From Anthoceros angustus (taxonomy: Eukaryota > Plantae > Anthocerotophyta): a stretch of DNA of 64,000 nucleotides. A program made the position numbers and the translations under genes. Location of the stretch: assembly GCA_010909165.1 (NCBI GenBank), contig MU008164.1, positions 1,488,001-1,552,000 of the forward strand, read 5' to 3'. This document shows positions 24,396-36,342 of the stretch, piece after piece (the first letter of the stretch is position 1; each line of letters starts with the position of its first letter). A model generated the notes under the pieces. It saw only the letters and a program-made list of their open reading frames with translations. It did no database searches and was not told where the DNA came from.

Positions 24396-24608
24396 AGACA
24401 AACCTCCACAAGAATTGGGCTTGTGCTCAACTCAGACTTCACAAACGGTGTGTGCCAGATTGGGGAGCAAAATGAGAAAACCCACCTCGGACATTGCTCC
24501 GAGTGACTAGCAGACGAGGTGTCGCTGCATCTGCGTGAGGCATGCCTGCTTGGGTTTGTGACTGGAGATTTTCCATGCACACATTTTTTTCTGCGGACAG
24601 AGCTGGAT

Positions 24609-25682
24609 CTATGTTACCTGCTCGGAAGAAGAAGGAGAAGTATCGGGGGGATCCGATATTGCTGTTGCATGGAGGAATGGTGGGTGCAGCAGGAGCATGA
24701 GGATTCCACCAGCAACAGCGACGTTGAGGGATTCGAATCGGCCGGGCATGGGGATGCAGATCCGGGAGCAGGCCTGGCGGGCCTCCTGCGACAGGCCCTG
24801 CCCTTCGCTGCCCAGCACCAGGCAGATCCCGGGGCGGTGGAGCACGGCCTGGGGGGGCAGCCCATCCGGGGCCGCGTCAGCTGCAAGCATGGCGAGCTGG
24901 TGCTCTTCCGCGAGGGCCAGGAGCGGGCTCCACCCGCCCAGGGAAGCCATGGGAACTCTGAGGCAGGCCCCGCGGGAGGCCCGCACCGCCTTCGGGTTGA
25001 AGGGGTCGCAGCAGCCCGGAAGCAGCAAGACAGCGTCCCAGGCGAAGGCGGCTGCGGATCGCAGCAGGCTGCCCAGGTTTCCGGGGTCCTGCACTCCGTC
25101 CAGAGCCAGGACGCGGCGGGGAGGAGAGGGGAGACATGCCCAGCTCACGAGCTGGGCGGGGGAGCAGCCGGGACCCAGGAAGGAGGGTGGTAGGGAAAGC
25201 AGACCCGCAGCAGACACGGCGTCCGGGGAGTCCACGCCTGCCAGCTTCCGCATCACGGCCGGGCTCACAGTGACCGTGCGCCGGGCCATGGCAGGAGGTG
25301 GAGAGGAGTTTTGCAGGAGGAGGAGGAGGAGGAGCTCGGTGGGCGGTAGGGAGAGGGAGAGCTCGCGAAGGGGCGTGGCGCCCACCACCAGCAGCTTGCG
25401 GTGCTCGTGCCTGTAGCTGCTGCTCTGCCGCAGCTTCACCAGGTGCTTCACGAAGGGGTTGCTGGGGCTGGAGATGGTATCCACATGCGCCGCCAGCTCT
25501 GCGTCCTCCGCTTCTCTTGCTCCTGCTGCCTCGCCTTCTGAATCCTCCACTTCCGCTTCCCTCTGCACATGTTTCTGCCGCGGGGCGTCCGCCCTCGCCA
25601 TCTGGCGTGGCGGTGGTGGCCTCTCGCTTGCTCGGGACTTGAGGAAGCCCGCAGCAAAGGACGCGCTGGTGATGGCCGCCAT
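24609..25682 (-). CDS. SpoU/TrmH-family 2'-O-ribose RNA methyltransferase (MRM3/RNMTL1-like), intronless, probable organellar transit peptide
   Basis: ISSPSNPFVKHLVKL, LDGVQDPGNLGSLLRSAAAF, CDPFNPKAVRASRGA, LVLGSEGQGLS and ESLNVAVAGGILM motifs. Start taken at MAAITSASF. Confidence 0.93.
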   Translation of the reverse strand: MAAITSASFAAGFLKSRASERPPPPRQMARADAPRQKHVQREAEVEDSEGEAAGAREAEDAELAAHVDTISSPSNPFVKHLVKLRQSSSYRHEHRKLLVVGATPLRELSLSLPPTELLLLLLLQNSSPPPAMARRTVTVSPAVMRKLAGVDSPDAVSAAGLLSLPPSFLGPGCSPAQLVSWACLPSPPRRVLALDGVQDPGNLGSLLRSAAAFAWDAVLLLPGCCDPFNPKAVRASRGACLRVPMASLGGWSPLLALAEEHQLAMLAADAAPDGLPPQAVLHRPGICLVLGSEGQGLSQEARQACSRICIPMPGRFESLNVAVAGGILMLLLHPPFLHATAISDPPDTSPSSSEQVT

Positions 25683-25799
25683 AGCCGACTGCTGGACGAT
25701 CTCGCTCGAGGACTGAGGCCGTTTCAAATGCGTCTCCAATGGGTAAAGGGGACTGCCTACCTTTAGTACACTGAAGAACAATGTAGCGCAGTCTGGTTG

Positions 25800-28700
25800 T
25801 ACATCTGTGAAACAAGTTGAACACCACCTCACTGTTGCCTCTGCAGGATAACGGGTGCGGCTTTCTTCTTGCATTCGTGTGCCTCCTCCAGGCATGTGCG
25901 AATCTGGGCACCCCTCAGCTTTCTAGAAGGGAAGGCATCTTCACGGGCAGATTCAGAGGGAGGACGTGAAGGTGTTGCATCTGTAGCGAGCATGTTAGTG
26001 AACAAGTATGCAAAGGGCGGCGGCTTGGAACATGGCTCGGAGAGGGTTGGAGGACTTGGTGAAAAAGATGGGGTGACATGGCTGAGAATTCCCAGGAGCG
26101 CATGGGGCAGGAACCTCTTCGTCTCTTTAATACTCAATTCCTCGACTTTTGTGTGCTTCCTCAAGGCATGAGCAAATGTGGCCGCTTTGCGTGTGGGAAG
26201 GCAGCTACATGCACAGACTGTAGAAAATGGGCGTCAAGATGGAAGTTCGGGAACTGGTGCACAGTATTTTGGTCGGTAATGAGCAGCATCCCCGAGCACG
26301 TCTCCATCCATAGATCGAAGTGAAAGGGAGGATGCATTCCAATGCTGGACTGGCCGCAACAGGACACATGACTACTTGGCATATGCCCCCAATATCGATC
26401 GGGAAGAACATATTGGCGGTCACAGGGAAACGAACCGGTCATCAGATGCATGCCATATGAAGGTGCTGACGAGAGCCGCCTGCCTGGTCGACATGTATGC
26501 TAATAAATGTGGCGAATTGGATTGTGTACGCCAGCTTCGACCGCTTAGCAACAAAACTCCAAGCTGGGTCGGAGCTAAATCGATAGTCGGGAAACGAACG
26601 GTGGTATTGGGGCTGCATTTGCCCATACCACTAGACCACTCATGCTATCACATTGGGACCTGACATGCAAAAAATTTATTCATCAACCCGCCGTGCAAAC
26701 GAAATTTCCGACCTGCGGCCTACCCGCTTCCTGTCCAAACGAACGGGTGCTTCTCCTCGTTCCAAGAAACTCATAGCTGCGTATTCAGATAGGCAATTTA
26801 ACAGCTTGCCCACAAAAAAATGTGGTGGATATAGATATGAAACAAAGCTTCGGTATGGACAAGTGGAGCAGAAGGGCGTTTTCTTGTGAGTGGTGTGGAC
26901 GAATGGAAGAGTCAGGCCTGATTTTGGCTGACAATGTCACTTTTGATTCCCCTCTGAAGGTCTGTACAAGCTCCAGAGGGGCAGGCAGCCACACTTGCAG
27001 AAGAACAGAGCAAGATCATGGCTGCCACCTGCCTTGAGAACATCTATGGAAAATGTGCGAATTTCGAGTATGCCAAAGGATCGACAACATGTCAATAACT
27101 GCTCAATCAAGGCAGGCGCGACGCCACCACAATATGGTAATCAGATTCCGTAACCGGGGCTCGAACCCGGGTCGCCTGGGTGAAAGCCAGGTATCCTAAC
27201 CACTAGACTATTACGGATGTATATGAAAATATTGGCAACTTTTTCTTGTTGTAACCTTAAAAAAGAGCGTCTCAGGCTTCACACCGCACATCTTCCTGCG
27301 CTTCGCATACCGCCATCCCTCCTACCTGCATTTCGCCAACCATCAGCCGAAGTTAGAAGACGTCACAAATCCAGGCAAAGCGGCATCCAGAGGTGCAGTT
27401 GGCCGCATATGCGCACGGCCACAGGGTCATGATTGAGTATTCCCAGCAGCGCATGGGGCAGGAACCGCTTCCTCTCTACAGTACAGCATGCTGTTCCAAT
27501 TCCTCGACATTTGTGTGCCTCCTCAAGGCATGAGCAAATGTGGCCGCTTTGCATGTGGGAAGGCAGCCACATGCACAGATTGTAGCACATGGGCTTCAAG
27601 GGAGCATGGTTAACGACCAGCAAGTGTTTCATGCTTTGCCCGAATGGGATGTTGTTGTCTGGTGGATCTCCTGGGTCATGCTGGACAGCTTAATGAGGAA
27701 TCAGGCTTGGTCAGGTCAATGCCTCAGTGTGGCATACAGTCTGTTGGGTGATTGTCGAAAGTGAAATAATGTAGAGGCTGGACGCCATGTTTTCAATCAG
27801 TTAGTGAGGCTACACAGGGATGATATTCCCCACTGTACTAACTACCCGGGTTTCAACCGAGTGTCAGGCTGTTACATTCAGTTCTTGCAACTCATATACA
27901 AACTTGTGCGATGGGATCGATTTTCCGGCTCTGCGTTCGAAGAAACTTATCGCTGCATATCGACAGCTTGTCAACAAATAAGCTCGGAAGAGCGTTTTCT
28001 ATGGAGAGATAAAGGTAGGAGGCGATTTTGTGGTATGGACGAATGGAAGAGCAGAGCTGGCTGACATTATTACTTTTGCTTGCTTTCTGAAGGCTTGTAC
28101 AAGAACTGGTGCCTCACAGAGAGAGACAGGCAGCTACGCTTACAAATTGTGGTAAGAAGACTGCTACATAACACACTTGTTGGCACCTGCCTGGTGGACA
28201 TGTATGCGAAATGTGGCGAATGAAAGATGCACGCCGTGTTTTGGACAGCTTCGCCACAAAAACCTGGGCACAGACAGGTTGACAAATAGATTAATATATC
28301 CGATTGGAAGTACTTTGCAGCCACACAGAGGATGTAGTTGTGTCAGGAACGACCCTGATATCTGGGTATGGTGCTTGTGATGGAGGGGCTTACATCTGAG
28401 AAGAACGCAGTGGCACAAAACCCTGGGCACAGACATGATTGCCAAAGAGATTAGAACAGATTAGCGAAATTCTGCGGTACCTGATCGAATTATGCACCAT
28501 TCAAAGTGACCTCCCATCTGCCCAGGAGCGGGAGACCCCTTTTTTTTGGGACTACAATGTGGTGGGACAGCAGACCCATACATATCAAAAGCACTCCCGC
28601 TCGCTTAACTTGAGGGGCTGGCGAGATCTGTGGTTAAACAACAAGTTCAAGCCAGCTTGGGTTGATGAAAAGCTCGTCTCCTTCAATATGCTGATGGATC

Positions 28701-30550
28701 ATGCTGTCTCCCCTTCCAAGTCCAACTCTCGGGATAAGCCTGAACCTGGCAGGCGTGCAGGATCGGAAACGGGCGTCATAACGGATGGAACCTTGACATA
28801 ACCTGTTATGTCAGCATGGGAAGCTTTCTAGGGCCGTTGGAGCCATGATTGGCTGCACATCAACCAGACGCGAAAACACCAAACGTTATCGACTGATTCG
28901 ACACCCAGAGCAGCTCGAGGGGTCTGCCGTCGTGTCCCACCTGCCGACCTTCCAGAGACTGCACCCGGCGCAGTTTTAACAACATTCCCCGCACTCCTTC
29001 CTGCATTTCGCAAACCAGTCGCCGAAGTTAGGAAACGTCACAAATCCAGGCAAAGCGGCATCCACAGGTGCAGTTGGCCTCATATGAGCACAGCCCCATG
29101 CTTGGCCTTATGAGGCGGATGCGTAGGTCAGCAGAGAAGGTGGATGGTCACGTCTTTGTAGCTGCTCGTCAAGCTTGTGCATTTGCCGCCGACTTGGAAT
29201 CTGGCAGAAATTGCACTGTGATGTGTTGCACAGTGACATTCCTCCTCACTTGACTTGTTTATTAGCACCTGCCTGATCTCCTTGCCGGTGGCATGGTGGA
29301 CATGTATGCAGAATGTGATAAACTGAAAGATGCACTCCGGGTTTTTGACAGCATGAACACAAAAAATATGGTGATGAACGAACCTGCTGCGATGCTGATA
29401 TGTAACCAGCGACACAAAAGACGGGGCACAGACAGGTTAGCAATCAGGTTAGATCAGATTGAGAATACCCTTCCTTTCGTACTACAACGGCTGCAGTGCC
29501 TAACACAAAGGATGTGGTGACAGGGACGATCCTGGCATCTGGTGCTTGTGACGAGATATCCGAAGATGGAACGCAGTGGCACAAAAACCTGGGCACAGAG
29601 TGAGCAAATAGATTAGATCAGATTGGGAATAATCTGCAGTGCCTGATCGAAATTAACAAACAGACAAGTGGCGCACCATTTGCTGCAGTTGCCCCGACTG
29701 GTTTTCCAGCGATGATCGTCGCCAAGCAGCAGGAGCACTTGTGGCAACAAATTTTTTCTGGGCTCTACCATGTGGTGGGATAGCAGACGAGATAAAGACG
29801 AACTCCCGATCGCCTGACTTCCGGTGCAAAAGGGTCTGGCGAGGTCCCGTGGTTAAACAGGACGGTTCAGCCAGCCAGGGATGTTTGAGCCAGCATGGGT
29901 TGATGAGCAGCTCGTTTCCTTGGATATGCAGATTTTGCCTCTCCTTCACGAAGTCCAGCTCTCCGGATAAGCCTGAACCTGGCAAGCGTGCAGGATCGGA
30001 AATGGGCACTGTGACGGCTGTAACCGTGAGCACGTTATGACAGCAGGGGACGCTTTCTGAATCTGTTGGGGCCCTGGAGCCCTGGAATCTCTGGCGCAGA
30101 CAGACTCTGCTATTCCTCAGTATGGAAATTGGTCACTTGGCCTTTCCTTCCAACTAGAGCTCTCCAGACAAGCCTAAACCTAGCAACCTCTGAAGAGCTG
30201 ACTCCCTGAATTAGCCACAGTCTAGCAGGGAGTGGAAGCCGCAAACCTTGTAATAAAGTTGCAAGGCATGATTTGGCTGCACATCAACCAGAGGTGGAAA
30301 CCCACATCTGTACCGAAATCAGCTCAAGGAGTCTGAAATGGTGGCACACCTGCTTACCTTCCAGTGAGGCCTGCACCCGACGCAGTTCTAGAAACATCCT
30401 CAGCACTTATTCCTGCATTTAGCACACCAGCAGCCGAAGTTAGAGAACGTCCTCTCGTGCTAGGCAGTGGCACGTTGGCTGGAAGAGGATCCGGCAGCAA
30501 CAGATAAACGCAAAAAGGCATCCAGAGTGCAATCGGCCTCAATAGGGTTG
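25800..30550. pseudogene. Mosaic of duplicated PPR and LRR-like gene fragments
   Basis: LVDMYA.C.EL fragments at 26485, 28190 and 29293. LRR-like LPGSGLS.ELD at 28720-28760 and 29950-29995 (minus). Shared blocks 26080/27430 and 27290/28990/30390. Confidence 0.6.
27146..27217 (-). tRNA. tRNA-Glu (TTC)
   Basis: TCCGTAATAGTCTAGTGGTTAGGATACCTGGCTTTCACCCAGGCGACCCGGGTTCGAGCCCCGGTTACGGAA forms a full cloverleaf with anticodon TTC. Confidence 0.96.
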
Positions 30551-30964
30551 CTACGCTGCAGCTCCAGGCTCAAGCTTGACCATCGACAAGGCTGACACCG
30601 GGACGCCGCCTGCAGGCAGAGAGAAAAATGTAGGCAATACAAACTCGGGCACAAATTAGCCGATGCCTTCTCTATCCGTGCGGCGAGCGGGCAAAACCCA
30701 CCGTAAGTACTGTACACAGTCACGTCTCTCATAAAGGATGCATGACCAGATCTAGAAGGAGGCGGAAGGTTGTGACGTGGTACATGATCCGCAACTGGGC
30801 AGTGGACATCGAACCGCGGGAGGCTCGGACCGGGCGGTGGGCTGCATGCAAACTGCGGGAGCTCCACGTTGTCGGAACGCCCAAGGTAGTCGGACTGCGT
30901 GAAAACTTTTAATTCAAAAATTCGGTCCATTGGCTTGGACAGTTGGTTAAGCATTGGGTTGATA

Positions 30965-31225
30965 ACACAAAGATCCCAGGATCAAAACTTGTTGTCACAC
31001 AAAGATCCCATGATCAAAACTTGTTGGATCAAAACTTGTTGGTTACAAAAAGATCCCAGGGTCAAAACTTGTTGGTTACACAAAGATCCCAGGATCAAAA
31101 CTTGTTAGTTAAATGTGTGTCCAAATGGCTTAGGCCACAACGCAGTGATTAAGCATCCTGAGCTTAGATCGGTACTTGCAGTAATTAAGCATCCTGAGCT
31201 TAGATCGGTACTTAGATGGGGTGTC
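30965..31225. repeat. 33-bp and 36-bp tandem repeats
   Basis: caaagatcccaggatcaaaacttgttggttaca x~4; attaagcatcctgagcttagatcggtactt x2. Confidence 0.85.
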
Positions 31226-32690
31226 TAAAGATCGATACTTAGATGGGGTGCCTAAAGGGAGTGGATGCCCTTGGTGCAAGTAGCTTAGGCACACCATGGT
31301 ACAAGTTGTTAAGTACCAAGTCTCATGATGAAAATCCGTCCTTAGTGGACTTAAATAAATTCTTCTTCTTCTTCTACATATCACCCCATTTCTGAGGGCT
31401 CGTTACCCCCTTGAGAGAGTTCTTAGACCGTTGGCACCGCGATAAGCTTAGGTTTATGGTGCAGCCGAAACTGCGTGCACCGAAAGTAACCGACAATGGG
31501 CCCGTGTATTGCTGGTCCTGTGGGTTGGCAATTAAATTCCATCGTGCACCCCTAGTCGTTGATCTTTGCAAAGCTAGGCAACAGCCTAAGGCTTCCAACT
31601 ACTAAAGTAAAAGTGACCTTAGGTTTTAGGATACAGGATAAGGATAGCTAAGTATGAACTGCATGGAAAGAGCAAAAGGGCTCTACATCTTGACAACCAA
31701 TATTAACTCTACACAAGTTTACAAAGACTGTTACAATTCAAAGGATTCATAAAACCATTGACAAGTAGGAAAAGCTTCACCTCTCAACGAGCTATTATTT
31801 TAGCAGTCACAAGGGAACTCTAAGAACCCAAGGTCATGCCCATGTCATTTTATTAAGAATTGCACTTTCAATTATTATCATCATAAGATATTATCTCCCT
31901 ACTTCCATGGCCCTACCGGTCCGCCTACTATAAAATTCCTGCCCTCATCCCTACAATGTGGGGGCCATCTATTACGAAAACTCTGCCCGCATCCCCGCAG
32001 CAGCGACCTTGTCTCACTAAAATCCCGCCCGCCTCGGTCCGAGGTCACGCTGTAAGTCAGTTACAAAATCCTACCATTGTTCCCGCGTTGTGCGGGGCCA
32101 TGTGTTACAAAAATCATGCTCTCAGTCCCCCAATGTGTGGCGCCGCCTGTTGTAAGAGCTTATGGGGCTGTCTGATACAAAAAATTGCTGCTCTATGTAG
32201 GGCCGCATGTGGTAAGAGCTCTGCAGGGCTACTTTGATTAAATCTTTGTCCGAGACTTTGATGTACACTTTGAAATATTTATATACTTTTCAAAATTATA
32301 AAAAGAAAGATAAATATCTATAAAGTCTCTGAAGTCGGTGAAAAAAATAATGGGATAGGTACACAAGAATATTGTCACTAAATAAATAATGGGATACACA
32401 TTTATAAGAAAGTTGCTGTTTTACGCACTTCACCTAGATGGGGTGCCTAGACGAACAGGGGCCTTGATGCTTGATGCGATAGGTTCTGAGTACACCATGG
32501 TGCAAAAGTCCATTCAAACCACATACATTACTAGTACACTCGAGTTTAGTCACCCAACCTCGCGAAAGGGCCCGCCCAGCGGACAACAACATTCTGATGG
32601 ACGATACTTTTGCCCGCGGTTGATGCACAGAACGATGGCCACTGAGGGAGGAAGTTGTACGTTTGTTGGACATAACGAGTTTGCGAGGGT

Positions 32691-34084
32691 CTAGATAATG
32701 ACCTCCTCGGAATCGTCACCGAGGTCAGGTTTGACAACATCGATCAGGGTCCACCCACCTTGGCCTGCAAGCTCGAAAGCCTGCGAAGAAACTGGTTAGA
32801 AAGAATTTTGAAGGCAGGGCAGCTTGAGATGTGAAGAGAAAGAGGGCAAGTTGGGTGGCATACTTCTTGCCAGGAGGAACCATTTGCTTCCAGCACAGCA
32901 GCATTTGCAGTTTTGAGCTCCACAGGGATGCCTGATAACACACTGGCTGCCTCTTCCCAGCCTCGGTTATGGCCCATGCACCTGATTTGGGAAGGAAATG
33001 TGTGAGGTTCTATAGCTAGCACAAGGCACGGTTGAGCGGTGAGGAGCAATTACAACAGAACCCACATGACGGTCTTCATGTCGTCGGACGAGTAGTCGAG
33101 GATGCTGCGTTGAAGGTGCTCTGCGGTATGGCCATCCATGGCTGAGACTGAATAGAAGCTGGCAAGGAAGTACACTTGGGCTTTCACCAGCTCTCCTACA
33201 TGTTGTTGCATGACTTGCAGTGTCTCTCTGGTCCTTATAGAATCACTGGAATGGCAAGGTTGAAGGGTAAGGAGCACATGACCATGCAAAAGCACAAAAC
33301 ACAAGGTCAAGCACGAGCACGTTGTAAGTCACAAGCTCAAGTCACGGTCACGCATCGTACCTGCACAAGATGAGGTCTGGAAATAAGCCTCTGCACCACA
33401 GCTTGGAAGCAATGCCAGCAGCAGCTTGACGCCCCTGCTCAGTCAATGGCCTCAGATGATCTGGCCTCCATCCAGCAAGTGAATAGCTCGGTTAGCCTTC
33501 CTTCGCACTGGCAGCAACAACAGAGGAAAGAAATTTGCAGAACTGCACAATCCAATGAAGCACATGTTGAAGGGCCTATAGCAGCAAAGTGTCAAATGCC
33601 TGCCAACACAGATCACAGCCCACGGGAAGCACACCACGGACATGAGACTCTCGGACACCGCACAGGACTCCATGTTGCACATACGCATGCCATGAGGAGC
33701 ACAACAACCATGAATCCCAAGATTGCAGTGTTATGAGCAACGAGCACCTTTGATGGACCGATCTGCCCAGGAGCTATCAGCATGACGCAGGAGAATGAGT
33801 CGCCGGGTGCAATGTGAGCTGCCAAGGCCCACAGAGTCGGACACCGCAATCTCGGTCGCGGCAATTGCTTGGGTGTGGGATCGCCGGGCAGGCCTGCCTC
33901 GCCTTCCCCCATGACTGGTAGCACAGAAACACTGAGCAGAATGCATGGGCACCATCGCACGGCCCAGCCTGAAGCTCATGGTAGAGGCAAGATTCCGGCC
34001 ATCGTCACCTGCGAGGCCTCTGCTTGCGTTGCTCACGGTGCAGCATGAACTGTGCCCGAGCTGCTGCATCGCCGCAGTGGCCAT
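32691..34084 (-). CDS. SixA-like histidine phosphatase superfamily protein, probably plastid-targeted (multi-exon)
   Basis: RRLILLRHADSSW; RPLTEQGRQAA..PDLILCS; SDSIRTRETL..FYSVSAMDGHTAEHLQ; CMGHNRGWEEAAS..ELKTANAAVL; AFELAGQGGW; GT-AG introns between. Confidence 0.88.
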
Positions 34085-34448
34085 GATTCTTCAGGCAGCC
34101 AGTGACCCACGACAGCTACGCCACACACCAGCTACAGTCAGTTGCTGAGCTCCCGGATGCCCCCTACCCGCCTCCCTCCCCTTACCGCTGCACCTTCCAC
34201 CTGACCATGACAAGGATTGCTCTGCAGATCGACGACCAGCCCATGACAAAGTGCACGCAATCTGCAAGATTATTCCAGGACCTGCAGAGCACGGTTACAG
34301 ACGGCAGAAGATGGGTGTCTGGATGACTTCGGTGTCGCAAAGTGGAATCTGCGTTGCGCTGCACCTGAAATCCAGAGGGCAGAGCCCTCCAGGCGGCGAA
34401 ACTTTCCTCCATTTTCGCCATGGAAGCGAGACGGCGGGTCACGGTGTG

Positions 34449-36028
34449 ATGGCAGCAGCGCGGCCTTCCCAGCTCACCCCGGCGGCAGGTTGCCGGATCT
34501 CACCTCTTGGGCATCCGTCAAGTCACTGTTCCCGAGCTCTGCCTAGAGTGTGGCTGCCAGTGGGACTTGGAGGTTGGGGTCATGTGCTGCAACAGCAACA
34601 CCATCAGCAGACATCCCTGTGTGGCCGGCCGGCTTTCACCCAGTACGGCCATGCGCCATTCTGTCTTTGCCTGTAGCTGCTACTGGCTCTTCCTGTTGCT
34701 GATAAGGCGGGGTTGTGGTGCTGTTGCCTGGTCAGGTGGGGAGGATGGAAGCAGCCACACCAGCAAGCAGTCTTGTGTAGTTCACTGTTTAAGGATGCTC
34801 CATCCGAGAGTATGATCAACGATGAGGTTCGTAACATGCCATGCCTGGATGGTGAGATAGTAGCAGGATTGTTTATGGTCAGGATGGGAAGCAGCACTGA
34901 ATCAGGTGGGGAGGCAGGAATGGCAAAGACAAAGAAGAGAAGAATCAAAGGAGTTTGCAAGGTTGAGGGAGCTGGAAGAAAACGAAGGGATGGAACACGC
35001 AGATACCTACCGAAAAATCCAGCAAAGCCTTCACGATTTTCCTCAAGAAGAGATTAAGAAGGCGAAGAAGTTTGTAGCTGGACTCATCAGATCTGGATCT
35101 AGGGTTGAAGAAGTGGGTGGCCAAACTTTTCCCTCCAGCTCGCATGTTGGTGCTATGTGATTGTTTTCTAAGCAATGTGTTTGCAGCTGATAGAGGAGGC
35201 AGCTGATAAGGGTGAGCTCACACCCCTAGTCCTACTGGTGGTGAAGAACCGTCTGGAGCTTGCCCAGCAAGATGTAACGTCCATTGTCGTCTGCTTGCTC
35301 TTCACTCTTCCTGCTGCTGTGATCTGAAAAGCTCATGCCTGTGTTGGATGTCCTTGAACCTGCCTCCTGACAGGACGAGAGAGATGCTGCTCAAGCTCTT
35401 GACCTATTGTATCGGAGAATCCAAGTAAGTACTTGCAGCATCACCACACACGTTATGTCTGCAGGACTGAGTCACTTTCACTGGCTCTTGCCACAACCGT
35501 TCTCACCAACACTGTTTTGCATGTGCTAGACAGAAGTGTTGCAACGAGAATCCAGTCTGGCAATGGTGCTGCTAAACGAGCTTCTGAATCTGCACGACGG
35601 CATCTCCCATGAAGAATGGCTGCAGCAATGCCGCCGCACCATGTTGGACATCTTCCCTCCAGAGGATGCCTTCACTATCCTAGGTCGGCCTGGTTTTGAT
35701 CTTTCCCAGGTACATATCTTTTCCACCTGTCTTCTCTTCAGCCAGGGCCCTTTTTGCAATCTTCAGGGTTGTAATGCTTGGCAAGCATTTGCAGCATCAT
35801 GGTCCTATCGATGCTCCAGAAGAGGAAGACGACACCGTGCTGCTTCGAGTGGATTTTATTAGAGAGGTGGATGAGTTTCTTTCCACACTGGAGCAGCAGA
35901 ATGATGAGAAGGTTGCAGAAGGACTGGATGCCGATGCTGTGGCTCTACGTCTGCGTCAGCTAGACAAGTTGAGGGCAATTGAGCTCGTTAAAGACCTGAG
36001 GAGAATAGCAATAAAGCTGAAGTGGTGA
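34449..36028 (+). CDS. PAC: PALE CRESS chloroplast development protein (multi-exon)
   Basis: EWQRQRREESKE..FPQEEIKKAKKFV; IEEAADKGEL..NRLELA; DAAQALDLLYRRI; LLNELLNLHDG..FPPEDAFTIL..PGFD; LLRVDFIREVD..LKW*. Start codon inferred. Confidence 0.9.
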
Positions 36029-36342
36029 AACAGCCTGTAGCATGCTATGGAAGCGCACTGTTTTGATAGTTTCTCCACGTCCAGCGAGAGTAGAGTCTGA
36101 TAAAGTGGGGACACAGCTGCAGCCATGTATGCAAGCGTACAGACGACATGCTCTCCAAGTCGAGCAAGAGCAGACAAATCGTCAAATGCGACGTTGTATA
36201 AAATTGAACTGAAGAAGTACAAAACTGTCCAATGCCGTTTCACCGGCACGGTTCGAGCTCACTAATCAGCTCGTCAGAGACATTCACCGCTCAGCTTGCT
36301 GAATTGCAGGTGTCAGATGCCGATGTTGAGGTTGAAGATGGA

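Noticed and set aside
19586-24400. 3' LTR of the copia element
   Set aside because: No second copy of 3900-4095 was found by eye; the element is truncated in RT.
25683-25895. N-terminal extension of the SpoU ORF
   Set aside because: The ORF-track start is non-ATG and lies in duplicated fragment sequence; MAAITSASF is the more plausible start.
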